From Octopus sinensis (taxonomy: Eukaryota), in the NCBI RefSeq assembly GCF_006345805.1, contig NC_043013.1:10602001-10666000 (forward strand): 64,000 nt of DNA. Direction: 5' to 3'. How positions within the stretch are numbered: the stretch's first letter is position 1; the number at the start of each line of letters is the position of its first letter. Positions 1-12,660 of the stretch are shown here, piece by piece. The position numbers and the translations under genes were made by a program. A model generated the notes under the pieces. The model was not told where the DNA came from. It did no database searches and was given only the letters and a program-made list of their open reading frames with translations.

Positions 1-185
1 CTAGCGATATTTCGTTTGTCGTTACGTTCTGAGTTCAAATTCCGCCGAGGACGACTTTGCTTATCATTCCTTCGGAATATTTAAATTATGTACCAGTTGC
101 GTACTGGGGTCGATCTAATCGACTCAACCTCCTTCCAGAAAACTTCGGCCTTGTTCCAGGAGTAGTAAAGAATATTCTTGTTAAA
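1..185 (+). mobile_element. tRNA-derived SINE family M (Meta/MESC-like central domain), begins before the window
   Basis: B-box-like TGAGTTCAAATTCC followed by gccgagg.cgactttgc...ggggtcgatctaatcgac; the same consensus recurs more than 10 times in the window. Confidence 0.85.
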
Positions 186-940
186 GTAAATTTTTTTCTT
201 CTTCGTCACTTTCTGCTCTTTTATTTCTTATCTTTCTCCTCATCTATCTCTGCTACTCAAAATGATGTCTATATATATTTTATATTTATTTTATTGGTTC
301 AAGGTCGCACACACACACACACACATCGCAATTACACACACGCACGCACGTACACACATACACACGTATTCGTGTTTGAAATAATGTGTTTGTGTGGGTG
401 TTTCTGAATGCATGTGCGAGTGTGTGTATATGTGTGTATGTGTATGTGTGTTGTGTGTGTGTGTGTGTGTGTTTGTGCTTGTGAAAGTGTGTGTGTTTGT
501 GTTTATGAATGTGTGTGCGTGTGTCTGTTTATGAACATGTGTGTGTGTTTATTCATAACTGTATGTGTATGTATGTGTTTGTGAATGTGTGCATGTGTGT
601 GTGTCTGTGCGCGTTCATGTCACTGGCACAGTTTCACTGAATGTGTAGAAAACCAGTTTCTTGCCATATGTTATAAACCTCACGAGTTCCATCCCCACCC
701 CTCTTCATCTTTTTACTTCAAAATTTTACGCGTTTCAGTCACTAGACTGTGGTCAAAAATGGACGCTGTCTTCAAGAATTTATCGGACAAATCTTGCCCA
801 GTACCTACTTTTCAAATCTGGTACATGTTATATCGGAATTGTTATGCCGAACTTGCTACGCTACAGAGAATAAATAAAGGAAACCGGGAAACTGGTCCTA
901 TGAACAAACAATTTATATGATATGCATACCCACACATACT

Positions 941-1322
941 TGGAAGTACTCCGTCGGTTACGACGACGAGGGTTCCGGTTGATCCGATCAACAGAACAGC
1001 CTGCTCGTAAAATTAACGTGTAAGTGGCTGAGCACTCCACAGACACGTGTAACCTTAACGCAGTTCTCGGGGATATTCAGCGTGACACAGAGAGTGACAA
1101 GGCCGGCCCTTTGAAATACAGGTACAACAGAAACAGGAAGTAAGAGTGAGAGAAAGTTGTGATGAAAGAGTACAGCAGGGATCACCACCATCCTTGCCGG
1201 AGCCTCGTAGAGCTTTAGGTGTTTTTGCTCAATAAATACTCACAACACCCGGTCTGGGAATCGAAACCGCGACCCTACGACCGCGAGTCCGCTGCCGTAA
1301 CCACTGGGCCATTGCGCCTCCT
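941..1322 (-). mobile_element. Full-length tRNA-derived SINE family C (Ceph-SINE-like), with TSD
   Basis: Reverse complement of the 58045-58420 copy; head has an A box (TGGCCCAGTGG) and a B box; 11-bp TSD ccacacatact at 930-940 and 1323-1333. Confidence 0.9.
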
Positions 1323-1502
1323 CCACACATACTTATAATAGAGTGCTAAGACATTCGATGTTTTACCCTGAAATACCCTGTGAAGAGACAAAAGGAGAAA
1401 GAAGAGAAAACAAAACAGAACGGAAAAGATATTCAGTTAATTTAAGTAATTTGACACGAATCTAAATCAATCTGAAATTGTGAGTACGCACACACACACG
1501 CG

Positions 1503-1548
<46 letters not shown>

Positions 1549-1564
1549 TATACACATATCGTAT

Positions 1565-1796
1565 ACTCTTTTACTCTTTTACTCTTACACTTGTTTCAGT
1601 CATTTGACAGTGGCCATGCTGGAGCACCGCCTTTAGTCGAGCAAATCGTCTGCAGGACTTATTCTTTGTAAACTTAGTACTTATTCTATCGGTCACTTTT
1701 GCCGAACCGCTAAGTTACGGGGTCGTAAACACACTACCATCAGTTTGTCAAGCGATGTTGGGGGGAACGAGCACAGACACACAAACATATACACAC

Positions 1797-1827
<31 letters not shown>

Positions 1828-1990
1828 CGACGGGATTCTTTTAGTTTCTATTTACCTATTCCACTCACAACTCTTTGGTCGGCCGGAAGCTGTAGTAGAA
1901 GACACTTACCCAAGGCGCCACGTAGTGGGACTAAACACGGAACCATATGGTTCGTAAGCAAGCTACTTACCACACACCCACTCCTACGCT
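1565..1990 (-). mobile_element. tRNA-derived SINE family O (CORE-like head, internal CA/TA tract, (AAAGAGT)n tail)
   Basis: Matches the ~420-bp consensus seen at 5787, 11733, 53028 and 57474. Confidence 0.9.
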
Positions 1991-2020
1991 ATAACATATC
2001 GTATATATATATATACACAA

Positions 2021-2081
<61 letters not shown>

Positions 2082-2241
2082 GTATATATATATATTTACA
2101 TATATATATTCATATACATATATATATATTCATATATGTATATATATATATTTACATATGTATGTATTCATATATTATATTATACTATATTTACAGATAT
2201 ATAGATATATATATAATATAATATATATATATATATAAATA

Positions 2242-2290
<49 letters not shown>

Positions 2291-2296
2291 CAGTGC

Positions 2297-2328
<32 letters not shown>

Positions 2329-3756
2329 AGGGGAGGAGAAAAGTGAGACAAAGTGTGTAGGAGTATAGAAATCACAAAGGTCTATAACTATTGTATTTGT
2401 TTGGAATAAATTTGTGGATACTATACAATGATCACGATCACGTATATTGGTAATATTTTCCCCGTTTATTGTTGAATTTTACGTGTTCTAGCGTTCTCTC
2501 ATCTACTTAGCTCAAATGAATACAGTTGATTACTCGTAAGTGCTTTCATATATACTTTCCAAGATATCGATTGAACAGGGTGTCTGTCCAGTTGAATGGA
2601 CTTCGAGCGAAGACAGTGAAGCAATCAGAAATGCTGAGTTCTCCTAGGGTGTTGTGGAAATCGACGCGTAGCTTTCTGCGACACAGGAGGGATCGCCCTA
2701 TACAAATGCTAGCCAAAATATTTGGCACTAGACGCGATGAGAGTTATAAAGCAGAAATCACCTACTGAGGAGGGCGCGCTAAGCTTTGGGAGTGATGTTG
2801 GTCAAAAGGTTGAGAAACAAGAGTTCAGGAGACGGTGTTGCGGAGGTCATAATATATTTTCACTTTTACATTTTCTTGTTTCGTTGTTGAACTGTGGTCT
2901 TGCTTATATAGTTCTTCACTATATTCAGTGCGGTGTTTATTTTAGACCATATCACGCTTGTGAGGTGGTTGGCGGGCAATTTTGACTGGTCTTGTACATA
3001 CGTGCATATATATGTATGTATGGACGTTCGTATATGTAAGTATAATGTATGTTCTGTATATATATATATATATTTGTATTTATGTACCCAGCTGGTATAT
3101 TCAACTGACGAAGGCAGTGCTTATTTGAAGCAAATCCAGAAATCCAGGATCTTGAATTATCCAGTAAAATCTTTTTTGCTAATTTATTTCGTCCCTATAT
3201 ATATATATATATATATATGTTAAATACTATCGGTAATTACTCACAAGGTACTGGAATATTATATGTATACCATTCTGCCTAAATAATGGTTCTACAGATG
3301 CAATATCCCAACATATCTCATGTCTATTTTCATTCCTCCACTTCACTCTCAATTTCAATCCTTATTTAGAATAATTATTGCTTAACCATTTTCTCACACC
3401 GTCTGCAATGAAGGGATATAGAAAATACATTTCACAGTCTTGGATTTTTATCATATTCTGAAAATTTTAATATATGCATATACTAATATATGTCCTATGA
3501 TGGACCCCTCATTCGTATAATCACCGAAACTGAAGTTTAAATATACTCTGTCTATAGTACTTATTCAGCATTACCTGACACCTTTGGGTCTTATTGAAAC
3601 CATTACCTCTCATAACCTCTCTCTCTCTCTCCCTCTGTATATATATATATATGATTGAAGGTCACGCATCCATTTCTAAGTGGCGGATATATATATATAT
3701 AATATATATATATAATATATTATATTATATATATATATATATATAATATATATTAA

Positions 3757-4112
3757 TCAAGGATTCCAACTCTATCTGTTTTTATGTTTTATTTAATTAT
3801 ATCTTATATATTAATATAGGATATAGACTATATAGTGCGAAAGAAATGGAATGAAATATTGATTGGCTTATTGAACAAATGAAATATTGAAAATTAAATA
3901 TTAAATGTGTATTCTCATTGAACTAGTATAATTTCTTGCATTAAAGCATTCATCAGGTTCAGATTGTGACAGGAATGCTTCGACCGTCAATAAGACAATC
4001 AATACTTCATTTCATTTCTTTTTTACTATATATTCTATATTTTGTAACCTATATTAATATTACAAGAATATAAATAAAACATAAAAAACAGACAGAGTTG
4101 GAATTCCCTTGA
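3757..4112. mobile_element. Palindromic MITE / foldback element
   Basis: Arms of about 120 bp in inverted orientation (tcaagg.attccaactct... / ...agagttggaattcccttga; inner 35-bp IR 3840-3875 vs 3987-4021); flanked by TTAA / GTAA. Confidence 0.75.
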
Positions 4113-4150
4113 GTAATATATTATTCTATACACAATCACACAAACCCCTT

Positions 4151-4191
<41 letters not shown>

Positions 4192-4193
<2 letters not shown>

Positions 4194-4577
4194 TTACTCT
4201 TTTACTTGTTTCAGTCATTTGACTGCGGCCATGCTGGATTACCGCCTTTAGTCGAGCAAATCGACCCCGGGGCTTATTCTTTGTAAGCCCAGTACTTATT
4301 CTATCAGGCTCTTTTGCCGAACCGCTAAGTGACGGGGACGTAAACACACCAGCATCGGTTGTCAAGCAATGCTAGGGGGACAAACACAGACACTCAAACA
4401 CACACACATACATATATATATACATATATACGACAGGCTTCTTTCAGTTTCCGTCTACCAAATCCACTCACAAGGCATTGGTCGGCCCGGGGCTATAGCA
4501 GAAGACACTTGCCCAAGATGCCACGCAGTGGGACTTAATCCGGAACCATGTGGTTGTTTAGCAAGCTACTTACCACA
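4192..4577 (-). mobile_element. SINE family O
   Basis: Near full-length match to the family consensus. Confidence 0.9.
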
Positions 4578-4979
4578 GGGAAAAAATCAATTTATATAAT
4601 AGTCAATTTCATGTTGCCTACGAACGCTTCAATTTCTTACCTTCATTCATATTTTGCCATTAAGATTGCATTATGCATTTGAAAGGAAAAACTCTCTTCA
4701 TGGCAAAAATTGACAAAAATTCATTCCCATCCTAACGGATGGAGAGTTGCTTACCAACTGAAATAGCAGCATGCGTTTGTGTGTTTGTTTGTGTCACCAT
4801 CTGTGTCTTTTGGATTCCTTTCTAAAAAATAGCTTGAAGTTAAACTATGACCACATTGGACAATGGGTACTTGTAGTTTTCAGGGACTGGGTCATACCAT
4901 CATTCGTCTTAATGGAAATTAGGTCGGTTTCATAAAAGTTAGGTGCCACTCTTTTCTCTACTTTTGAAAGAATACATAC

Positions 4980-5028
<49 letters not shown>

Positions 5029-5079
5029 AATATTATAATTATATATGTTATTATATATTGTATCTGTATTTATACATAT

Positions 5080-5132
<53 letters not shown>

Positions 5133-5243
5133 TATATATATATCTTATTATATATATATATATATCTATATATATATATATATATATATATATCTATATA
5201 TATCTATACCTACATCATACATATATATATATATATATATATC

Positions 5244-5276
<33 letters not shown>

Positions 5277-5786
5277 ATATATTAGCAAGAATCGAAATCG
5301 ATATATCATTTAACGTCTACTTTCTAGTTGTGAGAATTTCAATTCTTATTAGAATTTTTATTTGTTTTAGATGCATTAGTTTTATTTGTTGATAGTTTAG
5401 CTTACTATATATATTTTTAGTTGAATTAATTCTTATAAAATTCCTTATGTGTAATTTCCTATATATAATTTCACATATATAAATTTTTCTAATTTCCTTT
5501 ATATTATCTTATTAAAATTCTGTCCTCCTATATGAAATGGACGAAAACATCTATAGCGACTACGGGAATTTCATATGTGTTAACACTAATACTAACGCAA
5601 GTTAATGAATTCCAAGTATATTAATCGATATGGAGCTAATATTGTGATGAACTACATTTACCAACATGATGACAGATCTCCGAAACCCCGGAATCATCTG
5701 TTCAACTTATACTTATTCCCATTTAATTTTCTCTGTCGTTTGTACTCTGTGTACGTTGAGTCTGTTAATATAAATATATAGATATA

Positions 5787-6198
5787 GGCGCGGGAGTGGC
5801 TGTGTGGTAAGTAGCTTGCTAACCAACCACATGGTTCTGGGTTCAGTCCCACTGTGTGGCATCTTGGGCAAGTGTCTTCTGCTATAGCCCCGGGCCGACC
5901 AATGCCTTGTGAGTGGATTTGGTAGACGGAAACTGAAAGAAGCCTGTCGTATATATGTATATATATATATATGTATGTTTGTGTGTCTGTGTTTGTTCCC
6001 CTAGCATTGCTTGACAACCGATGCTGGTGTGTCTACGTCCCCGTCACTTAGCGGTTCGGCAAAAAGAGACCGATAGAATAAGTACTGGGCTTACAAAAAG
6101 AATAAGTCCCGGGGTCGAGTTGCTAGACTAAAGGGCGGTGCTCCAGCATGGCCGCAGTCAAATGACTGAAACAAGTAAAGGAGTAAAGGAGTAAGGAG
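5787..6198 (+). mobile_element. SINE family O, full length
   Basis: Head ggcgcgggagtggctgtgtggtaag, CORE-like gtggcatcttgggcaagtgtctt, tail (aaaggagt)n. Confidence 0.9.
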
Positions 6199-6487
6199 AT
6201 ATATTTATACTTAAATATTCATCGTTTGAAGGTCTTCACTCTTTCCCTTCTCTCGTTTTTCATGTTTACGTATACACATATTTTGTATTCCATACCCAAG
6301 CTACTGTATTTAACATATTCAATTTGTTTATCCCCATAAATTTGCTCCATATCTACTCAATTTGATCCCTCATATAGGCATTATTTGCTCCGCCAAATTG
6401 ATCCCTAGTTATGGCATCGGAGTTTAAGTTTGAGTCATTTCAGCGCTACTGTCTATAATACTGCTAATCTCTGAATCTCATCTGTTG

Positions 6488-6526
<39 letters not shown>

Positions 6527-7045
6527 ATATATATATATAATGTAATATAATAATATTAATCTATATGTTATAATAATATAAAAGTATAATAAAATACAGG
6601 CATACCTCACCCTACGTCCTTAATTGGTTCCAGGAGACATGACTTAAATCGAATTAACTTGTCTCTTGTCTAGGGTAGACCGATAATAACCATTCCCAGT
6701 TCTGTACTTTATTTATAAGTGGATTTTCAATAATACATGTTTAATAAAAACCTATTTGAAGCTTACAAACAAATCATTTTTATTTTTTAATACAGTACAG
6801 TAAAAAAGTAAACGAATCTGAATTCAAAACAATCGCGGGAATCACGAGTGACAGCGTCGCCTAACGGTAGATATTGGAACAGCAGAGCAATATGAGCTCC
6901 GAAAGACTGATAAATATCCCCACCACACACACACACAAACACACACACACACACATACATACATACACACACACATATTTTTATGTTTACGGGTGAGTGT
7001 ACTAACTAAATATTCCTGATGTAAGGTCGTGTGTTGGAACAGATA

Positions 7046-7262
7046 TTGTTGTATTTTGGGACGGTCATTATTTTTGCCAAATGAACACACGCACTGTATA
7101 TATTCATTCTTCACTCGTTTATTACTGTTTTTATTCTAACTCATATCCATTCTCCGGACAAGGGACATGAGTTAGAAGAAGAACAGTAATAAACGAGTGA
7201 AGAATGAATTCATAGTGCGTGTGTTTATTTGGAAAAAATAAGACCACCCCGAAATACAACAA
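7046..7262. mobile_element. Palindromic MITE (~217 bp, almost entirely inverted repeat)
   Basis: Inner stem 7102-7148 / 7163-7209 pairs 44 of 47 with a 14-nt loop; outer arms ttgttgtattttggg... / ...ccccgaaatacaacaa also pair. Confidence 0.75.
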
Positions 7263-7266
7263 AGCA

Positions 7267-7312
<46 letters not shown>

Positions 7313-7814
7313 CATAAAATCAGGAGGTTTGCGAAATGAATACATATTTATTTATTTAACAAAGTGACTCCCATAGGAATACGGTCGTATCTAGAGCCAC
7401 TAAGCTAGTAGATAGAGAACTGCCACAGAATAGCTTGAGATATATTGTACATTGGGTTTGAGGCAGATATTTGCACCGCCATTCTTCTATCAATATTTCC
7501 ACAAAGTGAGATTAGTTCTGCACCCACCTACAAATAATCTCTGTTAGTAATCTAACACTTATAATATTGGTTGTTAGACTCCTCATAGGTGGAAGATGAT
7601 GGGAGAATTCCTGGTACATACATACATACATACATATATATATATATATTATTTACATATATACGTGTGTGTATTTTATATGTATATATTAATATCTATC
7701 TACCTATCTATCTATCTATTTATCTATTTATCTCTCTCTCTCTCTATATATATATTATTATACACACATATATATATTATATATATATATATAATATATA
7801 TATATATATATACA

Positions 7815-7856
<42 letters not shown>

Positions 7857-7981
7857 CATATATACATATATGTATATTTGCATATATATATATATATTTA
7901 TATGTATAATATGTATATATATATACATATATATATGTATATATATATATGTATATATACATATATATATAAGTATATATA

Positions 7982-8026
<45 letters not shown>

Positions 8027-8095
8027 GTATAAATATATATATATATATATATAATATATATATCTATATATTATATATATATATTATATATATAT

Positions 8096-8142
<47 letters not shown>

Positions 8143-8954
8143 CCTTTTACCAGTATTATGATTCCGTGTCTTGATATACATCTCTGCAGATTTCTCTACT
8201 AAACTGTCTTATCTATGAAAAATCTTTCAACACTGAATATTTTCTTCAACGTCACGTTATCTATGTGTGTGAATATGTGTACGTGTATATGCTTGTGTGT
8301 GCATGTGCTTGTATATGTATGTCTATGTATGTGTGTGTGTGTGTGTGTGTATCTCTCTATATATATGTGATTATATATGTACATATGCTTATGTATATAT
8401 GGGTGGTGTGACTACCTTTAACAACCAGGAGGTTCCGAAAGTAATCTTCATAGATACTGACAGCTGTATAAACAAAGTTTATGTATTTATGTATATATTT
8501 ATTATCTCAGTATTTATATATTTATTTATTTACGTATTTATTTTTGCATCTATTTTTTACCAATTCCATATTAGCCTGTTCTTGGAGTCGAACCTGAGAA
8601 AATCTTTACTAGCCTTACTGACAGATTTAGTGTCTTATCCTTAATAATGCCGCTGAATGCAATTTAGATATGGCGGCCACGTCACAAAAGTCACATGACA
8701 TGCCTTGTAGGAGGATTCTGCGTAGTAGCCAGCTCCGAAAAAATAGTAGCTAAACACCCTTAATTGACTTCTTACCATCTTGAAAACACTATATTTTCCG
8801 GCATGCCAATCGGTGTAATATAGCGTTAACAAATAGGTTAAAAATTCCAACTTTGCCACTGTATTTCTCCAAATCTTGCTGCATTACAAATGGAGGTTTT
8901 GGTCCGCCATCGCCGTCTTGATCAATAAGTTGTTCCGCCTTATTTTGGCTGTAA

Positions 8955-9655
8955 ATTTTTTCAATTTTATATTTAAGAGATGAGGAATTATTTACATTAT
9001 TTACATTCGACGGATATTTGTCCTCATCTTATTTGTTATTAACACGTTTCGCCTGATATACCTTCCAGCCATCTTCAGGTGTCTTGAGGAAATTTCGAAC
9101 CTGGGTTCTCATTCATAAAGTATTTTTCAATGTTGTTGTTGTTGTTGTTATTATTATTATTATCATCTTCCGCCTCTTCCTCCTCCTCATTATTATTATT
9201 ATTATTATTGTTATTGTTCAGGTCACTGCTTGGAATCGAACTCAGAATCTTGGGGTAACACGAGTAGATATTGATAAATCGGGTAAAGCTGATCATGTAT
9301 GGAAAAATGGAGACCAGGAGACCACCTTCCCCTGTGGGATGAAGTTAAAATAATAGACAGAGAACACCACTGGAAAATACGAAAACTAAAAGAAGCAGCA
9401 CATATGCTAGGACACAACAACCTCCTAAGCAAACCGAGTGCAGATATGAGCAGCATATGGGAACTAGTATTAAGGAAGGATTGAAAAATATTAGATTTAT
9501 GAGCCCTAAAATTCACTCCATAATTGCCCACGGGCATATTGCGTAGTGGTTAAGAGCGCGGCTACTCACCACAAGATGGAGGCTATATCATCCGAAACGT
9601 TGTGTTAACAACAAACAAGATGAGGACAAATATCCTTCGAATGTAGATAATGAGT
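8955..9655 (+). mobile_element. 5'-truncated Penelope-like element: inverted pLTR (about 8955-9257, minus) + GIY-YIG C-terminal ORF remnant (9258-9484) + direct pLTR (9485-9655)
   Basis: Frameshifted translation ...KSGKADHVW...WDEVKIIDREHHWKIRKLKEAAHML...IWELVL resembles PLE endonuclease C-termini; 8990-9083 is the inverted copy of 9573-9650; hammerhead relics in both copies. Confidence 0.8.
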
Positions 9656-10384
9656 AAATTTTTTGTCACAAAATTCGATTTGCATGCCGAAAAATACGAT
9701 ATCGATATTTTAATTAATGTTTTAGATATGACATGACTGAGAAAATGCGGTATGGTCAAAAATTGAACGCTTTTGATTATTGGTCTTGTCGTTCAGAGCT
9801 AACTTGAGATTAGACTGCAGTACCAACTACAACGAAACCAACGTGGTTAAAGTTATGCTGTCGAAAGTTTAGAAAGCACCCAGTTCGATATAATTGCGTT
9901 AACGAAACCAAGAGAAGGAAATTTTGTTCGATGCTCTAATCTTTTGTCAATTCACCATCCCTTCCGAAAGAAACTATTGAAATATTTTCTCCACAAAGAA
10001 AACAAGAAAACGAGGTTTATATTCACTGAAACTACAGACTTATGGACAATACTGTCTCCTCTGCCGATTTAGCATTTATTCTCTAGAGACATTTTTCCAA
10101 ATTAAGGCGCCATGTGATGGTAGCAAGCGATAGCACACTGACAGGAAAATAATTGGAACACAAGTAACTTGGTTGGCCGTTGAAATATCAGCCTTGCTCT
10201 AGCAAAGCTATAATCAAAGATGTTACCGCTGCGTCTTTGGGTTTAAAAAAATGTTCGTTGCTTCTAGCAGAATAATTTGAAGTCAAAGCGAAGTGAGCCA
10301 GATCGCATGCCCGCAAGGCTTTCTCTCTGACCCTCTAAAGTTGCTGCCGATTCTTATACATACATACACTCATCATACATAAAC

Positions 10385-11270
10385 AAAGACCATGCATGGG
10401 TATGTTGTCCTGAAGCTTGAAGAAGGCCGTAGAATCGACACGAAACGCAGCTTTACTCGGACACAAGACAACTACATCGCATCTCCCCTTGAAGGCTATG
10501 TGTTTGCAATCCATAAAGTACCTGGTTCACAAGAGAGACAGTGACGCTCTTGTAATCCCAAAGTGCAACCGCATGTGTAGGCTAGGTCATGTTTCTGTGG
10601 AAGAAATTACGCATGAGATCAGCAGCTGTCCAAAAATGTCGTCACTACCTACCTAGGTGGCACGCTGTTGTTGCTAAAACAATTTACAATGCCATCCGAA
10701 AAAATGATTGTCTCAAATAAACTTAGAAATTTCCTGTTATGGAATACGTTCATAAACACCAACCCAAAGAATGCTGGTGGAATATTCTCATAAAAACTTC
10801 AAATATAAACATAACAGACCGGATATTGTTGTTTGGAACAGAGATGCAAAGGCATCTACCATCATAGAGGTCAGCTGCCCTGCAGATATAAATATCTCTT
10901 TGAAAATCAAAAAAACAAAAAAACAAAAAGAGGTTATCTATGGACTACTGCTTCGAAACTCTAGCTTCTTTATCCAAACTATGAATTCATATTCATGCCA
11001 ATAATAATTGGAGCACTAGGTTTTGTTAGAAAATGTTTAAAAGATAATCTGGATATATTGGGATTTTCAGAAAGTGAAATTGACTGGATGATTCTTACAT
11101 TACAAGTGAAATCTGTGAGTGGAACAATAAAAATATGCAAGACATTTTTCAAGTTCCAAATGTGAATTTGTCTGTGATAACTACATCCCAAAATGGAGCG
11201 TTGTTCCTTTGTTGGAAACCGGCTTCCTCCTCAGTGGGAGATTTATAATAATTAAGAAATAAAAGAGAAA
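10385..11270 (+). mobile_element. 3' fragment of an RLE-type (R4/Dong/HERO-like) non-LTR retrotransposon, frameshifted
   Basis: Stitched translation: MHGY...EGYVFAI...KYLVHKRD, degenerate CCHC knuckle (MCRLGHVSVEEITHEISSC), HNRPDIVVW...IIEVSCP (PD..(D/E) endonuclease), PIIIGALG...KTFFKFQM* ending about 11165; 3' UTR runs into (TACA)n. Confidence 0.8.
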
Positions 11271-11273
11271 TGT

Positions 11274-11434
11274 ACACATACATACATACAAACATACATA
11301 CATACATACATGCATGCATACATGCCTGCATACATACATACATACATACATACATACATGCATGCATGCATACATACATACATACATACATGCATGCATG
11401 CATGCATGCATACATACATACATACATACATACA

Positions 11435-11468
<34 letters not shown>

Positions 11469-11560
11469 CATACATACATGCATGCATACATACATACATA
11501 CATACATACAAACATACATACATACATACATACATACATGCATACAAGCAGACAGATAGA
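11274..11560. repeat. (TACA)n / (CATG)-interrupted tetranucleotide microsatellite
   Basis: Seen directly in the sequence. Confidence 0.95.
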
Positions 11561-11732
11561 CATACGCAAAGACATCAGATTATGTTTTATATGTGTATAT
11601 ATGCACCATTCAAACGAAAACAAGCCATGCAAATTAACTCAGAGTGGCCAATGGCACGCATTTGAACATAAACATATACAGGTGTATCAAATACCAAACC
11701 ACAAAATTTTCGATTTATTAAAGTTATATATA

Positions 11733-12140
11733 GGCGCAGGAGTGGCTGTGTGGTAAGTAGCTTGTTTACTAATCACATGCTTCCGGGTTCAGTCCCACTG
11801 CATGGCACCTTGGGCAAGTGTCTTCTACTATAGCCTCGGGCCCACCAAAGCCTTGTGAGTGGATTTGGTAGATGGAAACTGAAAGAAGCCTGTCGTATAT
11901 ATGTATATATATATATGTGTGTGTGTATGTTTGTGTGTCTGTGTTTGTCCCCCTAGCATTGCTTGACAACCGATGCTGGTGTGTTTATGTCCCCGTTACT
12001 TAGCGGTTCGGCAAAAGAGACCGATAGAATAAGTACTGGGGTTACAAAAGAATAAGTCCCGGGGTCGAGTTGCTCGATTAAAGGCGGTTCTCCAGCATGG
12101 CCGCAGTCAAATGACTGAAACAAGTAAAAGAGAAAAGAGA
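11733..12140 (+). mobile_element. SINE family O, full length
   Basis: Match to the family consensus. Confidence 0.9.
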
Positions 12141-12544
12141 TATGTATCTTAGGGGCAATTAAGATCAACTCCACATGAAAAGTGGGGCTAATGTCCAGAT
12201 TAAAAAGAATTATCCAGAGTTATCGGAATAAGTTATAGGTCTAGTTTTCTGGAGGTAAGTGAATACTTGTAGACAAGTATTTCTTATTCAATAGCCCTCA
12301 TCAGCATGACAAAAGTCAGATATTCTCCAATAGCCAACGCAGTTATTACTGTTTATTTGATTGTGTACATTGAAAGATGTGTAAGTAGTGTGTTTATGTA
12401 ACTGTCTACAATCAAATGTATGTCCCTTCCCATACGATGGAATATTCATACAAATTTACAAAAGAAGCACCAGGCATATACGTACATAAACAGGACCTGG
12501 CTCACCGTCCGTTTCGATGACCTGTGTTCCTGATGATTTGATCA

Positions 12545-12660
12545 AAGCGAAAAGCCTCTTCGTGGAATTAATGTGCAAGTGGCTGAGTGCTCCACGGAAG
12601 CAAGTACTCTAAACGTAGCTTTCAGGGAAGCTGAATGTGAAATAAAGTACTTTTCTCAAA
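12545..12660 (-). mobile_element. Old degenerate SINE family C fragment
   Basis: aattaatgtgcaagtggctgagtgctccac resembles 1010-1040. Confidence 0.6.

Noticed and set aside
5660-5700. ATGATGA...CGAAAC hammerhead-like motif (similar weak cases at 42930-42980 and 47510-47565)
   Set aside because: The core is incomplete and the helices are not supportable
8790-9700. 21-bp inverted match (8791-8811 vs 9677-9697) as TIRs enclosing the Penelope
   Set aside because: It is short and AT-rich with no TSD or extended homology visible, so it cannot support a DNA transposon call
12536-12565. CTGATGA...GAAA resembling a hammerhead core
   Set aside because: No stems form, and the segment is a decayed family C SINE tail (ttccagttgatccgatcaacggaacagcc)
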